Under the pieces are notes generated by a model that saw only the letters and a list, made by a program, of their open reading frames with translations, searched no databases and was not told the DNA's origin. Source: Thermodesulfobacteriota bacterium (lineage in GTDB: Bacteria > Desulfobacterota > Desulfarculia > JACQYL01). From it: a stretch of 64,000 bases of DNA. Below, piece by piece: positions 1 to 9,131 of the stretch (the stretch's first letter is position 1; the number at the start of each line of letters is the position of its first letter). A program made the translations under genes and the position numbers. The DNA lies in the NCBI GenBank assembly GCA_963675595.2, contig CAXXLZ010000002.1:2496001-2560000 (forward strand), in the 5' to 3' direction.

Positions 1-808
1 CCGTCACGTGTTGATCCTGGGAGGCGGCCTGGTGGGATTCAAGGCGGCCTACGGGTTTCTCCACCGTGGCGTGGAAGTCACCATGCTCATCAAATCCGCT
101 TACCCCCTTTCCATGCAGGTGGATCCCGAAGCCGGAGGCATGGTGCTCGACGAGTTGGTGCGGCACGGGTTGCACGTGCGCGTGGGCGTCGAGGTTACGG
201 CTTTTGAAGGAATTGCCTCCGTGGAGCGGGCCCTTCTGTCCGACGGGTCCACCTTGCCGTGCGACATCGCGGTGATCGGCAAGGGCGTATTCCCCGCCAC
301 GTCCTTTATACCCACCGACCGCATCCACAAAGACCTGGGCCTTTTGGTGAACGAACACTTGGAAACGGACGTGCCCGACGTCTTCGCCGCGGGAGATGTG
401 GCCGAATATTTCGACGTGGCGCGCGACCGCCGCTGGGTAAACGCCATCTGGCCCGTTGCCGTGGAACAGGGTCGCATTGCGGGGTTCAACATGGCCGGAC
501 GACCCGTGACTTACCTCGGCAGTCTCGGGCGGAACGTCATTCGGGTTTTCGATCTGGACGTACTCAGCGCGGGCGTGGTGGAACCGCCTGAAGAGGACGG
601 CTGCGAGGTGATGGTCCATCGAGACCTTAACCGGCGTTTCTACCGGAAGCTCGTGTTCCGGCAGGACAGGCTGGTGGGCATGGTATTGGTCAACCGCATT
701 GAGCAAGGCGGTGTGCTGGTATCCTTGATCCAACAACAAAGACCCATTCTCAAAGACAAAGAACGGTTGTTGAACCCGCGTTTCAACGTGGCCCAGTTAA
801 CTTTGTGA
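1..808 (+). CDS. FAD/NAD(P)-dependent oxidoreductase (NirB/rubredoxin-reductase-like), CODH-associated; 5' truncated by window edge
   Basis: GGGLVG nucleotide-binding motif, TDVPDVFAAGD FAD motif, WPVAVEQG; frame is open to the window start; lies directly upstream of cooF-cooS. Confidence 0.85.
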   Translation, partial: RHVLILGGGLVGFKAAYGFLHRGVEVTMLIKSAYPLSMQVDPEAGGMVLDELVRHGLHVRVGVEVTAFEGIASVERALLSDGSTLPCDIAVIGKGVFPATSFIPTDRIHKDLGLLVNEHLETDVPDVFAAGDVAEYFDVARDRRWVNAIWPVAVEQGRIAGFNMAGRPVTYLGSLGRNVIRVFDLDVLSAGVVEPPEEDGCEVMVHRDLNRRFYRKLVFRQDRLVGMVLVNRIEQGGVLVSLIQQQRPILKDKERLLNPRFNVAQLTL

Positions 809-842
809 GTTTCTCCAACGTAAGCGTAAGGAGGCCGTATCC

Positions 843-1454
843 ATGAAAGAGGTCATCGTCCATCCCGAACGCTGCGTGGGCTGTATGCAGTGCATGGCCG
901 CATGCGCAACGGCCCATTCCAGAAGCGGAAACCTCCTTTCGGCCATCTGCGAAATCCCCATCCCCAAGTCCCGCGTCCACGTGGCCCCGGGACTCTACGA
1001 TGAAGGATTTCCCAATCGATGCCGTCATTGCGATCCCGCGCCTTGCGAGTTGGCCTGTCTGCCCGGAGCGATTTCACGAGATCGTCGCACCGCCACGGTG
1101 CTCATCGATCCGGACCGATGCATCAACTGCGCATCCTGCGCCATGGCTTGCCCCTTCGGCGTCATCCGTTACCACGAAACCTGTGCCGCGCCCGCGGGGA
1201 AAACCGTGGCGGTGAAGTGCGACAACTGTGTCCAACGACAGGCGCAAGGCAAGATCCCGGCTTGTGTGGAAATCTGCAAAACGGGCGCACTCACCTTCGA
1301 GGAGAAGAGTGAGGCCCTCCGGAGAAGGACGAAGGAAATGGCCATGCGGGTTTCCATAGGGGCTGATCAGAGAGAAATCCCGGGAGCCGAAGGTTTCGTC
1401 TTATTGAACGCCCTCAAGAGGTCCCGGAAGGAAGTGGGCGCATCCGAACTCTAA
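843..1454 (+). CDS. cooF: CooF-like 4x[4Fe-4S] electron-transfer protein
   Basis: Four Cys groups (CVGCMQCMAAC, CRHCDPAPCELAC, CINCASCAMAC, KCDNC...PACVEIC); RBS AAGGAGG; adjacent to cooS. Confidence 0.88.
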   Translation: MKEVIVHPERCVGCMQCMAACATAHSRSGNLLSAICEIPIPKSRVHVAPGLYDEGFPNRCRHCDPAPCELACLPGAISRDRRTATVLIDPDRCINCASCAMACPFGVIRYHETCAAPAGKTVAVKCDNCVQRQAQGKIPACVEICKTGALTFEEKSEALRRRTKEMAMRVSIGADQREIPGAEGFVLLNALKRSRKEVGASEL

Positions 1455-1581
1455 TGCCGCCGGGAAAAAAGGCGGTGATGAAGTCCCGGAGGAAAGCGTC
1501 GCCCTCACGGACAACCTGAAGGAACATCCAAAGCGTGTGGGCGTATCGGAAAGCTAAGGCATCCATGAAGGAGGCACGGCG

Positions 1582-3477
1582 ATGAAATCCCGAGATTCGA
1601 AATTCGATTTGCGCACCATCACCAATGACGGTCGTCTTATGCTCGAAAAGGCCGAGCGGGACGGAATCCAAACCGTCTGGGACCGCCACGAAGCCCAACA
1701 GCCCCAATGCGGATACTGCGAAATGGGGCTTAGTTGCAGAATTTGCTCCATGGGACCCTGTCGGATCGATCCGTTCGGTGAGGGTCCGCAACAAGGGGTG
1801 TGCGGCGCTGATGCCGACATCATTGTGGCGAGGAACCTGGGACGCATGATCGCCGCCGGTGCAGCCGCCCATTCCGATCACGGTCGAGACCTGGTGGAGG
1901 TGCTGCTCAAGGTGGGGGAAGGCGTGGCCAAAGGCTACGCAATCAGCGACCCGGAGAAGTTGCGTCGTCTTGCCGGTGAGTACGGAGTGGCCACGGACGG
2001 CAAGGACGATGCGACCCTGGCTGCGGAACTGGCCTATGCCATGCAGGAGGATTACGGGACTCGCAAGGACGGTCTCCGACTCATCTCCCGGGCTCCTGCG
2101 AAGAGACGGGAGCTATGGAAAAAAATCGGCGTCACACCGAGGGGCATCGACCGCGAAACCTCCGAAATGATGCACCGTACTCACATGGGCGTGGACAACG
2201 ACTGGATCAGCCTTCTCCTGCACGCCTCACGAAACGCTTTGTCCGACGGGTGGGGCGGATCCATGATCGCCACGGAGGTATCCGACATCCTCTTCGGCAC
2301 GCCCAAACCCGTGGCGTCCACCGTGAACCTGGGCGTGCTCAAGGAAAACATGGTCAACGTTGTGGTGCACGGGCATAATCCGGTGGTTTCCGAAACCATC
2401 CTGGCTGCCTGTAACGATCCCGACCTGGTTAAATTTGCCAAGGAAAAAGGCGCCGAGGGAATCAACCTCGTGGGACTCTGCTGCACGGGCAACGAACTGC
2501 TCATGCGGCACGGAGTGCCCATGGCGGGGAACCACCTGATGACGGAACTGGTGCTGATGACCGGAGCGGCGGAAATGATGCTGGTGGATTACCAGTGCAT
2601 CATGCCGTCTTTGGGTTCCGTGGCCGCCTGTTACCATACCCGCATGATCTCCACCAGCGACAAAGCCAAGTTTCCGGGTATGGAGCACCACGAATTCCAT
2701 CCGGAAAACGCGGCGGACCTGGCCCGCAAGTTGATCCGGGAAGCGGTGGAGAACTTCTCGAGGAGGAACCCGGACAAGGTTTACATTCCCGTGGAACCCG
2801 TGCGGCACATGGCGGGATTTTCCGTGGAAGCCGTTGTCGCCGCCTTGGGTGGAACACCCGGCCCTCTTTTGGATGCGATCAAGGCGGGGAAGATCCGGGG
2901 AGCGGCCGGCGTGGTGGGATGCAACAATCCCAAGATCCGGCACGATTACGGCCACACGGTGCTGACCCGGCGGTTGATCGAAAACGACGTATTGGTGGTG
3001 GACACGGGGTGCGCCGCGGTGGCCAACGCCAAAGCCGGTCTCGCCGTACCTGAAGCCGCCGACCTGGCCGGTCCCGGTCTCAAGGAAGTCTGTCGTGCGC
3101 TGGGCATTCCTCCGGTCCTCCATTTCGGAAGCTGCGTGGACAACGTACGGATCCTGGTGCTCGCCTCGGCTCTGGCCGACGCTCTGGGCACGGACATCAG
3201 CGACCTGCCCTTGGCGGGAGCCGCTCCGGAATGGTACTCGGAAAAAGCCCTGTCCATCGGACTCTATTTTGTGGCCTCGGGGGTATACACCGTGGTGGGA
3301 CCCACGCCTCCGGTCACGGGCAGCCTGAATGTGGTGAAACTCCTCACCGAAAGCTTGAACGACGTGATGGGTGCCTGTTTCGCCGTGGAGCCGGACCCTG
3401 AAAAGGCGGCGATACTCATGCGAAGGCACATCGAATCCAAGCGCAAGGCCCTTGGATTGCCTTCCATCAACGTCTAG
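1582..3477 (+). CDS. cooS: Anaerobic [NiFe] carbon monoxide dehydrogenase catalytic subunit
   Basis: B-cluster CRICSMGPC...VCGA; C-cluster ligands HGHNP, LCCTGNE, DYQCI, VGCNN, TGCA, GSCVDN; catalytic HSDH and SEKA; RBS AAGGAGG. Confidence 0.97.
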   Translation: MKSRDSKFDLRTITNDGRLMLEKAERDGIQTVWDRHEAQQPQCGYCEMGLSCRICSMGPCRIDPFGEGPQQGVCGADADIIVARNLGRMIAAGAAAHSDHGRDLVEVLLKVGEGVAKGYAISDPEKLRRLAGEYGVATDGKDDATLAAELAYAMQEDYGTRKDGLRLISRAPAKRRELWKKIGVTPRGIDRETSEMMHRTHMGVDNDWISLLLHASRNALSDGWGGSMIATEVSDILFGTPKPVASTVNLGVLKENMVNVVVHGHNPVVSETILAACNDPDLVKFAKEKGAEGINLVGLCCTGNELLMRHGVPMAGNHLMTELVLMTGAAEMMLVDYQCIMPSLGSVAACYHTRMISTSDKAKFPGMEHHEFHPENAADLARKLIREAVENFSRRNPDKVYIPVEPVRHMAGFSVEAVVAALGGTPGPLLDAIKAGKIRGAAGVVGCNNPKIRHDYGHTVLTRRLIENDVLVVDTGCAAVANAKAGLAVPEAADLAGPGLKEVCRALGIPPVLHFGSCVDNVRILVLASALADALGTDISDLPLAGAAPEWYSEKALSIGLYFVASGVYTVVGPTPPVTGSLNVVKLLTESLNDVMGACFAVEPDPEKAAILMRRHIESKRKALGLPSINV

Positions 3478-3629
3478 GGGCCCGTTGAGAATGCCCGATA
3501 TCACCGACCGGTGGAAAAAACCGGGGTATTCAAGGCGCCGAGTCCTGGGGAACGAGGCTGCAAAGGAATACCTTGCGCAGTGACGAGGGCTGAATTGCAG
3601 CGCTGCGGAGCGCATTTTTCGCCGGTCTG
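3478..3629. repeat. Dispersed MITE-like palindromic element, copy 1
   Basis: Imperfect terminal inverted repeats CCGACCGGTGGAAAAA...TTTTTCGCCGGTCTG; core CAAGGCG...GAGGC...CGCAGTGACGAGGG shared with 46369-46519. Confidence 0.65.
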
Positions 3630-3748
3630 TTGAGGGCTTTTTATTTGCTTCGAGCGAACCGACGGTTATATTTATTACTTGGGGCCGGGGGAGATGGTTT
3701 TCCCCCGGCGCTTTGTTTCCGGAATCCGATTTCAGTAACGGGAATGCC

Positions 3749-5080
3749 ATGGCACGCGACGAACGACCGAAAATGCTCTTTGCCGATGGGGACGGACGTA
3801 TTTACGACCATCCGTACCTGGAAATGGCGGGGTTCGACGGCTCCCGGAATGTCAGGACCAGACTTGATGCGTTGACCGTGGTTCCGGAATTCAGCAAGCT
3901 GTTTTACCTGCCGGGTCGCTTTCCCGTGGGTTACGACCGACGTAAGGGAAGGCTGCAGGAGGTGCGGGAAATACGGATCGGACGTCGGCGGATCAAGTGC
4001 CATGCCGTAGCCGCATTTCCGGAGCCCGGTTTCGCTCGAACGCTCCTGCCGGCCGCAGATTATTCGGTGACGGAGCCGTTGCTGCCCTTGTGGGCCTATA
4101 CGGCCGTGGGATCCATCGGAGACGACTACGTAATGGCCGCTTTTCGGGTGGAGTACAATCCTACCTGGGATCCCGCCAATTTTGACGACCGGGAGCTGGT
4201 GCCCGTGATGCAGGAACGGCTCCGGGGGAACGAAAACAGGTTGGTGCGCCACCTGGCCGATTGCGCAACGGTGAATCACTGCTTCGCGGCCAAGAATTAC
4301 TTTCTGGGGCGATGGGAGGCTCCCCTTCCCGTCAGTCGCACCTGCAACGCCCGGTGCCTGGGATGCCTGTCCCTTCAAAGCAAAGAGTCGTGCGAGGCCT
4401 CCCACGAGCGAATTCAGTTTCGACCCACGGTGGACGAAGTGGTGGAAACGGCCCTCCCCCATCTGATCAAAGCGGAGGGAGCCATTGTGAGCTTCGGTCA
4501 GGGATGCGAGGGAGAACCGCTCACCGAGGCCCGTCTCATTGAAAGCTCCGTAAGAGAGCTCAGGCGAAGAACGTCGCGAGGGGTCATCAATCTAAACACC
4601 AACGGAAGCCTGCCCCTTGAAGTGGAAAAGATATTAGACGCGGGGCTCGATTCCATCCGAGTCAGTCTCAACAGCGCCCGCCCCAAGGTCTATCACGCCT
4701 ACTACAGGCCCAACGGCTATTCCTTTCAGGAAGTTCGTCGTTCCATCGAGCTTTGCGCCGAGCGGGGAATATTCACCATGCTGAACTATCTGATCTTCCC
4801 CGGCGTGACGGACGATGAGGCCGAGCTGTCCGCATTGTTCAGCCTCATCGAGGAAACGGGAGTCAAGTTCATACATTATAAGAATCTGTGCATCGATCCC
4901 GGCCGATATCTCCGTTTAGTGCCCCTTGACGGACCTCGAATAGGCATGGCAACGGCCTATCACCGTCTCAGAGAATCTTTTCCCGGCGTTGGAATCGGGT
5001 ATTTCAACCAACTCGCGGAGAACGGGAAGGATCGTGACTCATGCCCGGCACACGACGGGCCCGCCGGCGGTTCTTGTTGA
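3749..5080 (+). CDS. Radical SAM protein, uncharacterised family
   Basis: CNARCLGC motif, SFGQGCEGEP, NTNG; start placed at ATG 3749 (MARDERPK) and uncertain. Confidence 0.85.
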   Translation: MARDERPKMLFADGDGRIYDHPYLEMAGFDGSRNVRTRLDALTVVPEFSKLFYLPGRFPVGYDRRKGRLQEVREIRIGRRRIKCHAVAAFPEPGFARTLLPAADYSVTEPLLPLWAYTAVGSIGDDYVMAAFRVEYNPTWDPANFDDRELVPVMQERLRGNENRLVRHLADCATVNHCFAAKNYFLGRWEAPLPVSRTCNARCLGCLSLQSKESCEASHERIQFRPTVDEVVETALPHLIKAEGAIVSFGQGCEGEPLTEARLIESSVRELRRRTSRGVINLNTNGSLPLEVEKILDAGLDSIRVSLNSARPKVYHAYYRPNGYSFQEVRRSIELCAERGIFTMLNYLIFPGVTDDEAELSALFSLIEETGVKFIHYKNLCIDPGRYLRLVPLDGPRIGMATAYHRLRESFPGVGIGYFNQLAENGKDRDSCPAHDGPAGGSC

Positions 5081-5277
5081 AACACGGCCGCCGCATTCTC
5101 CAACAGCCCCTTTAGGGTTGGAAACGGCCGTTCATCCCATGAACGGCGCCGAATGAAAACATGGGCGTCCGTGCTCGCCGGTCCGAGGCCGGTCGCCTTC
5201 CATCGAAGAGTGTTCCCGCCGATCCGATCAAGCATCGCTCCGGAGCCGGTTGGGATCAAAGAAAGGTTGCATGACCC

Positions 5278-6168
5278 ATGACGCAAATTCCGGACGGTAT
5301 GCATTATGAAGGCACTCTGATTCGGCCGCCGAGCGAGGCCTATAGTATTCTGCTCCAGGCCACGTTGGGCTGCAGTCACAACAAATGCACATTCTGTGGA
5401 ACTTATACGGATAAACGTTTCGACATTAAAGACGAAGAAACCATTCTGAGCGATCTGACCTTTGCGTCTCACTACTGTAAGCGGCAGGACCGCCTGTTCA
5501 TTATGGATGGAGACGCCCTGATCATGCCTCAGAAAAAACTTGTATGGTTGTTGGACAAGATCCGCGAGATGCTTCCGTGGGTCCGGCGAGTGGGCGCTTA
5601 CGCCAATGCCAAAGCGGTGAAGCTCAAGTCCGATGAGGAGCTGTCGATCCTCCGCGAAAAGGGGCTGGGAATTCTCTACTACGGCGTGGAAAGCGGCGAC
5701 GCGGAGACCTTGAAGCGTGTCAAGAAGGGCACGAATCCCGAAACGCTTCTTCGCGGAGGCAGGAGAATTGTTGAGGCGGGAATCAAGCTCAGCGTCACCG
5801 TACTTCTGGGAATCGCCGGCAAAGAGCGGTCCCTGGAACACGCTCGAGCCACGGGTGAACTACTGTCCGCCATGGACCCGGATTACGTCGGTGCGCTGAC
5901 GATCATCCTCATTCCCGGCACCGAATTGTGGGAGGAGTATCAACAGGGCTCCTTTCACCCGCCGGAAACATTTGAACTGCTGAGAGAGCTTCGCGAAATG
6001 ATCGCCTACACGAATTTAAGCGGCGGTCTGTTCTTCTCCAACCACGCGTCCAATTACCTACCCGTGAAGGCCCGCCTTCCGCGGGACAAGGAAAAGGCGC
6101 TGAGTCTGATCGATCAGGCGCTGGAGGGCCAAGTGGAGTTGAAGCCGGAATGGATGCGGGCTCTCTGA
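5278..6168 (+). CDS. Radical SAM protein (IRPPSE family, no B12-binding domain)
   Basis: IRPPSEAYS, GCSHNKCTFC, GVESG, SNHASNYL. Confidence 0.87.
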   Translation: MTQIPDGMHYEGTLIRPPSEAYSILLQATLGCSHNKCTFCGTYTDKRFDIKDEETILSDLTFASHYCKRQDRLFIMDGDALIMPQKKLVWLLDKIREMLPWVRRVGAYANAKAVKLKSDEELSILREKGLGILYYGVESGDAETLKRVKKGTNPETLLRGGRRIVEAGIKLSVTVLLGIAGKERSLEHARATGELLSAMDPDYVGALTIILIPGTELWEEYQQGSFHPPETFELLRELREMIAYTNLSGGLFFSNHASNYLPVKARLPRDKEKALSLIDQALEGQVELKPEWMRAL

Positions 6169-6665
6169 TGGCACCCTTTGACGGCTCCTTTGACTCGGTC
6201 TTGGCGGATAAAGGAGGCCTTTCGCCTTTCCATGGAGAACCAGCCGCCCAAACCGCCCTTATTTTCATCTTCGGAAGGTGAGAACGGCGGCCTTAAACCG
6301 TTTCTGGAAAGTCGCCGTCTAAATGAGTGTATGCTTGGTGGATATTGTGGGTATATCGGAAGCATTGCATTACAAACTTAAGTACACTTGTAATGCACCT
6401 CATTTTATCATAAGCAAGCACTGGATAGAACATGGGGAATTCCAACAACACCCGACATACTACTTGAAATACATTTGCCTTCTTGGTATGATGTTATGCA
6501 TAAAGGTGGGTTGTTTAAGATTTACTATTTTTCAGTGGAACCCCATCGGGGATATTAAGAAACGTAATCCACAGTCACGAACGACGGGAGCGTGGCTCCG
6601 TCGAAAAAGCCTCCAAGTTCCTCCGAACAGCGGCGACCCGAGTCGGAGGCGAGAAGTCGATTTCC

Positions 6666-7751
6666 ATGAAGATGCGAATTACGATGCCGGTCTTGCTGGG
6701 TCTACTGCTGTGTTTTACGGCATCGGACGTGTTTGCCGACTTCTTGGGAAACATCGAGTTCTATCCCCGGTTCGTTTACGGCAGCCGGCATGACGAAATC
6801 TCACCGTTGAAGCGGTACGCTCAAGGGGCCTTCCTTTTCTCCCCTTCAAAGGAAGCGTTCGACCGGTACGACTCCGACTATTCTCTTTCAGGATCATCCA
6901 CCCAAGACAATTCCGGGCTTCTAAGCATTTCCACACCCGGAGGGACGTCCTTTTACGGACTCCGCAGTTTGAACTTGGGCCATTCCTTTACCGCCCACGA
7001 CAGCACCGTACCCTGGAATGCCCCCTCCTATTACCTGGGGGGCTCCGATTGGCTGTCGGCTCCCTCTCCGGGCATTAATTTCATGCTGAGATACGAATCG
7101 TTGGTGCTCGGCATCGGGGTCTCCCCCAATTGGGGCTATTCAAATTACGATGAGGGGCTGCGAATCGATTATCCACCGCAAGTTCGATTATTGGGCGGAC
7201 TTGAATTCCAACATTTCGGTCTGCAACCCAGTCTCACGCTCATGCAGTCCGAAATGCCGGACGGCTCCAGCAGTCTGCCGGCCCAGGACGGCTGGATGCT
7301 GGAAGTTCCTTTTTCGGTAAACATCGGCTCCTTCGGAGCCACGCTGTCCGCGCACTACGGGGTTAATTTAGGACATTTATACGACGGTTCTCGGACCACT
7401 TTGTATCCGGGCGCCGCCACCACGACACAGTCGTATCTTTCTTCCTCCGGCGATCCGGCGGACGTTCGGGGTTACGGAGGCTTTTTCGATCTCTCTTTGG
7501 GAAGTCGACCCGTGAAAGTCCAAGTGCTGGGGGGCATCCAATTTATGGAAACCGCCCAATGGAGGAATGAACATCCGGATCCTCGATGGGCGACCGTAGT
7601 CCGAATTCCGTACGCGGTGAACCAGTACTTCCTCCTCAGTCCGGAGGTGGGTTACTACGCCTTCGGGCGCGATGCCAATTCCGATTCTGAAACCGGAAAG
7701 GACAAGGAATCCGTCTGGTTGGGCGGTGTTCAACTCGAGTTCCGGTTCTGA
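6666..7751 (+). CDS. Putative outer-membrane beta-barrel (porin-like) protein
   Basis: Signal peptide (…ASDVFA), alternating aromatic beta strands, C-terminal beta-signal VQLEFRF. Confidence 0.7.
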   Translation: MKMRITMPVLLGLLLCFTASDVFADFLGNIEFYPRFVYGSRHDEISPLKRYAQGAFLFSPSKEAFDRYDSDYSLSGSSTQDNSGLLSISTPGGTSFYGLRSLNLGHSFTAHDSTVPWNAPSYYLGGSDWLSAPSPGINFMLRYESLVLGIGVSPNWGYSNYDEGLRIDYPPQVRLLGGLEFQHFGLQPSLTLMQSEMPDGSSSLPAQDGWMLEVPFSVNIGSFGATLSAHYGVNLGHLYDGSRTTLYPGAATTTQSYLSSSGDPADVRGYGGFFDLSLGSRPVKVQVLGGIQFMETAQWRNEHPDPRWATVVRIPYAVNQYFLLSPEVGYYAFGRDANSDSETGKDKESVWLGGVQLEFRF

Positions 7752-7886
7752 TTTCTCGAATCCCGGTGGGACGGATGACCGCCACCAAGCACCGGGTGGG
7801 GGACTCCCCCGTGTGGGCATAAGGGTTGTCGGAAAGGTCCTTTTGCGCAAACCCGTCTTTTTCTTCGAAGCCGCAGCGCCCCGCCC

Positions 7887-9131
7887 ATGAACGACGCTTC
7901 CCGACCGCGAGTCGTGGTGACCGGCTTGGGTACCATCAATGCCGCGGCCCAAAATACCGACGAATTTGTCGGTGCCCTCTCCAAAGGGATTTCCGGTATC
8001 GGTCCTGTTCGGCTCTTCGACTCATCCCAATACCGTTCCCGGATCGCAGCGGAAGTCACCCGAATTCCCACACTGAAATCGGCCTTCGAAGACTACTCCG
8101 GTAAACGAATGTCTCGGGCGGATCGCATGGCCTTCGCCGCCGCGCTCGAAGCGCTGCGGGACGCCAGCCTCGCGCCCCTTCCCCGCGAACTCGCCCGGGA
8201 TGCCGGAGTGTTTATAGGAGGCGGCGCGGGCGGCCTGCCGGAGGCGGAGCCGTTCTACCGAGACTACCTTCGGAACGGGGCACGCCATGCGGCCTTTTCC
8301 GTTCTCGCCCCACTCTATTGCGCCTCCACGGCGGATCACATTGCAACGAAACTCGGGCTCTTCGGTCCCAAACTGGCGTTCATGACGGCCTGCTCTTCCG
8401 GGGCCAACGCCGTAGCGTCTGCGGCGAACATTTTGCGAACCGGATCCGCCCGGATCATGATCGCAGGAGGCACCGAACCCCTTTCCCGCGTCACGTTTGC
8501 GACCTTCAACGCCCTCAAGGCGTTGGACACCCGCCCTTGCCGTCCTTTCGATCGTAATCGCGGGGGCTTGACCCTCGGGGAAGGGGCCGGAATACTGATT
8601 CTAGAGCAACTGGAACACGCGTTGGGTCGAGGCGCCAGGATCCACGCGGAATTTCTGGGATACGGCATCTCCTGCGACGGTTATCACATGACCGCCCCGG
8701 ATCCCGAAGGCAGCGGGGCCGCGGCGGCCATGTCCAGGGCTCTCGAAGATGCGTGGATTCGCCCCGACCAAGTGGAATACATTAATGCCCACGGCACCGG
8801 CACCCAGGCCAACGACCTCATGGAAACCCGAGCCGTCAAACGGGTTTTCGGGAAGCAAGCCTACGATATCCCCGTGAGCTCGACCAAAGGAGTAACGGGG
8901 CATACTTTGGGCGCGGCCGGGGCTCTGGAAGCGGTGGCTTCCGTTCTCTGCATCGCCCGCGAGATCATTCCTCCCACCTTGAACCATGAAGATCCGGACC
9001 CGGAATGCGATCTGGATTATGTACCGGAAAAGGCCCGCAAGGGACGACCCAATGTCGTCCTCTCCAATTCCTTCGCTTTCGGAGGCAACAACACTTCTCT
9101 GCTTTTCGGCAGGTACGAATCTCATGGGTGA
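7887..9131 (+). CDS. fabF: Beta-ketoacyl-ACP synthase II family (active KS)
   Basis: VVVTGLG, catalytic TACSSG, NAHGTGT, GHTLGAAG, SNSFAFGGNN. Confidence 0.9.
   Translation: MNDASRPRVVVTGLGTINAAAQNTDEFVGALSKGISGIGPVRLFDSSQYRSRIAAEVTRIPTLKSAFEDYSGKRMSRADRMAFAAALEALRDASLAPLPRELARDAGVFIGGGAGGLPEAEPFYRDYLRNGARHAAFSVLAPLYCASTADHIATKLGLFGPKLAFMTACSSGANAVASAANILRTGSARIMIAGGTEPLSRVTFATFNALKALDTRPCRPFDRNRGGLTLGEGAGILILEQLEHALGRGARIHAEFLGYGISCDGYHMTAPDPEGSGAAAAMSRALEDAWIRPDQVEYINAHGTGTQANDLMETRAVKRVFGKQAYDIPVSSTKGVTGHTLGAAGALEAVASVLCIAREIIPPTLNHEDPDPECDLDYVPEKARKGRPNVVLSNSFAFGGNNTSLLFGRYESHG

Noticed and set aside
5069-5135. Radical SAM ending GSC-TGA with a downstream hairpin (possible Cys-Sec terminus)
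   Set aside because: The hairpin loop is TTTA with no G, the read-through frame is not protein-like, and the region resembles ends of the dispersed repeat.
6484-6499. Sigma54-like TGGTATG...ATGC site
   Set aside because: GG-to-GC spacing is one base too long.
6570-6660. Possible c-di-GMP riboswitch upstream of the OM protein
   Set aside because: Only AAAGCCTCC and a hairpin match; the GGCAAA and GNRA-tetraloop elements are absent.
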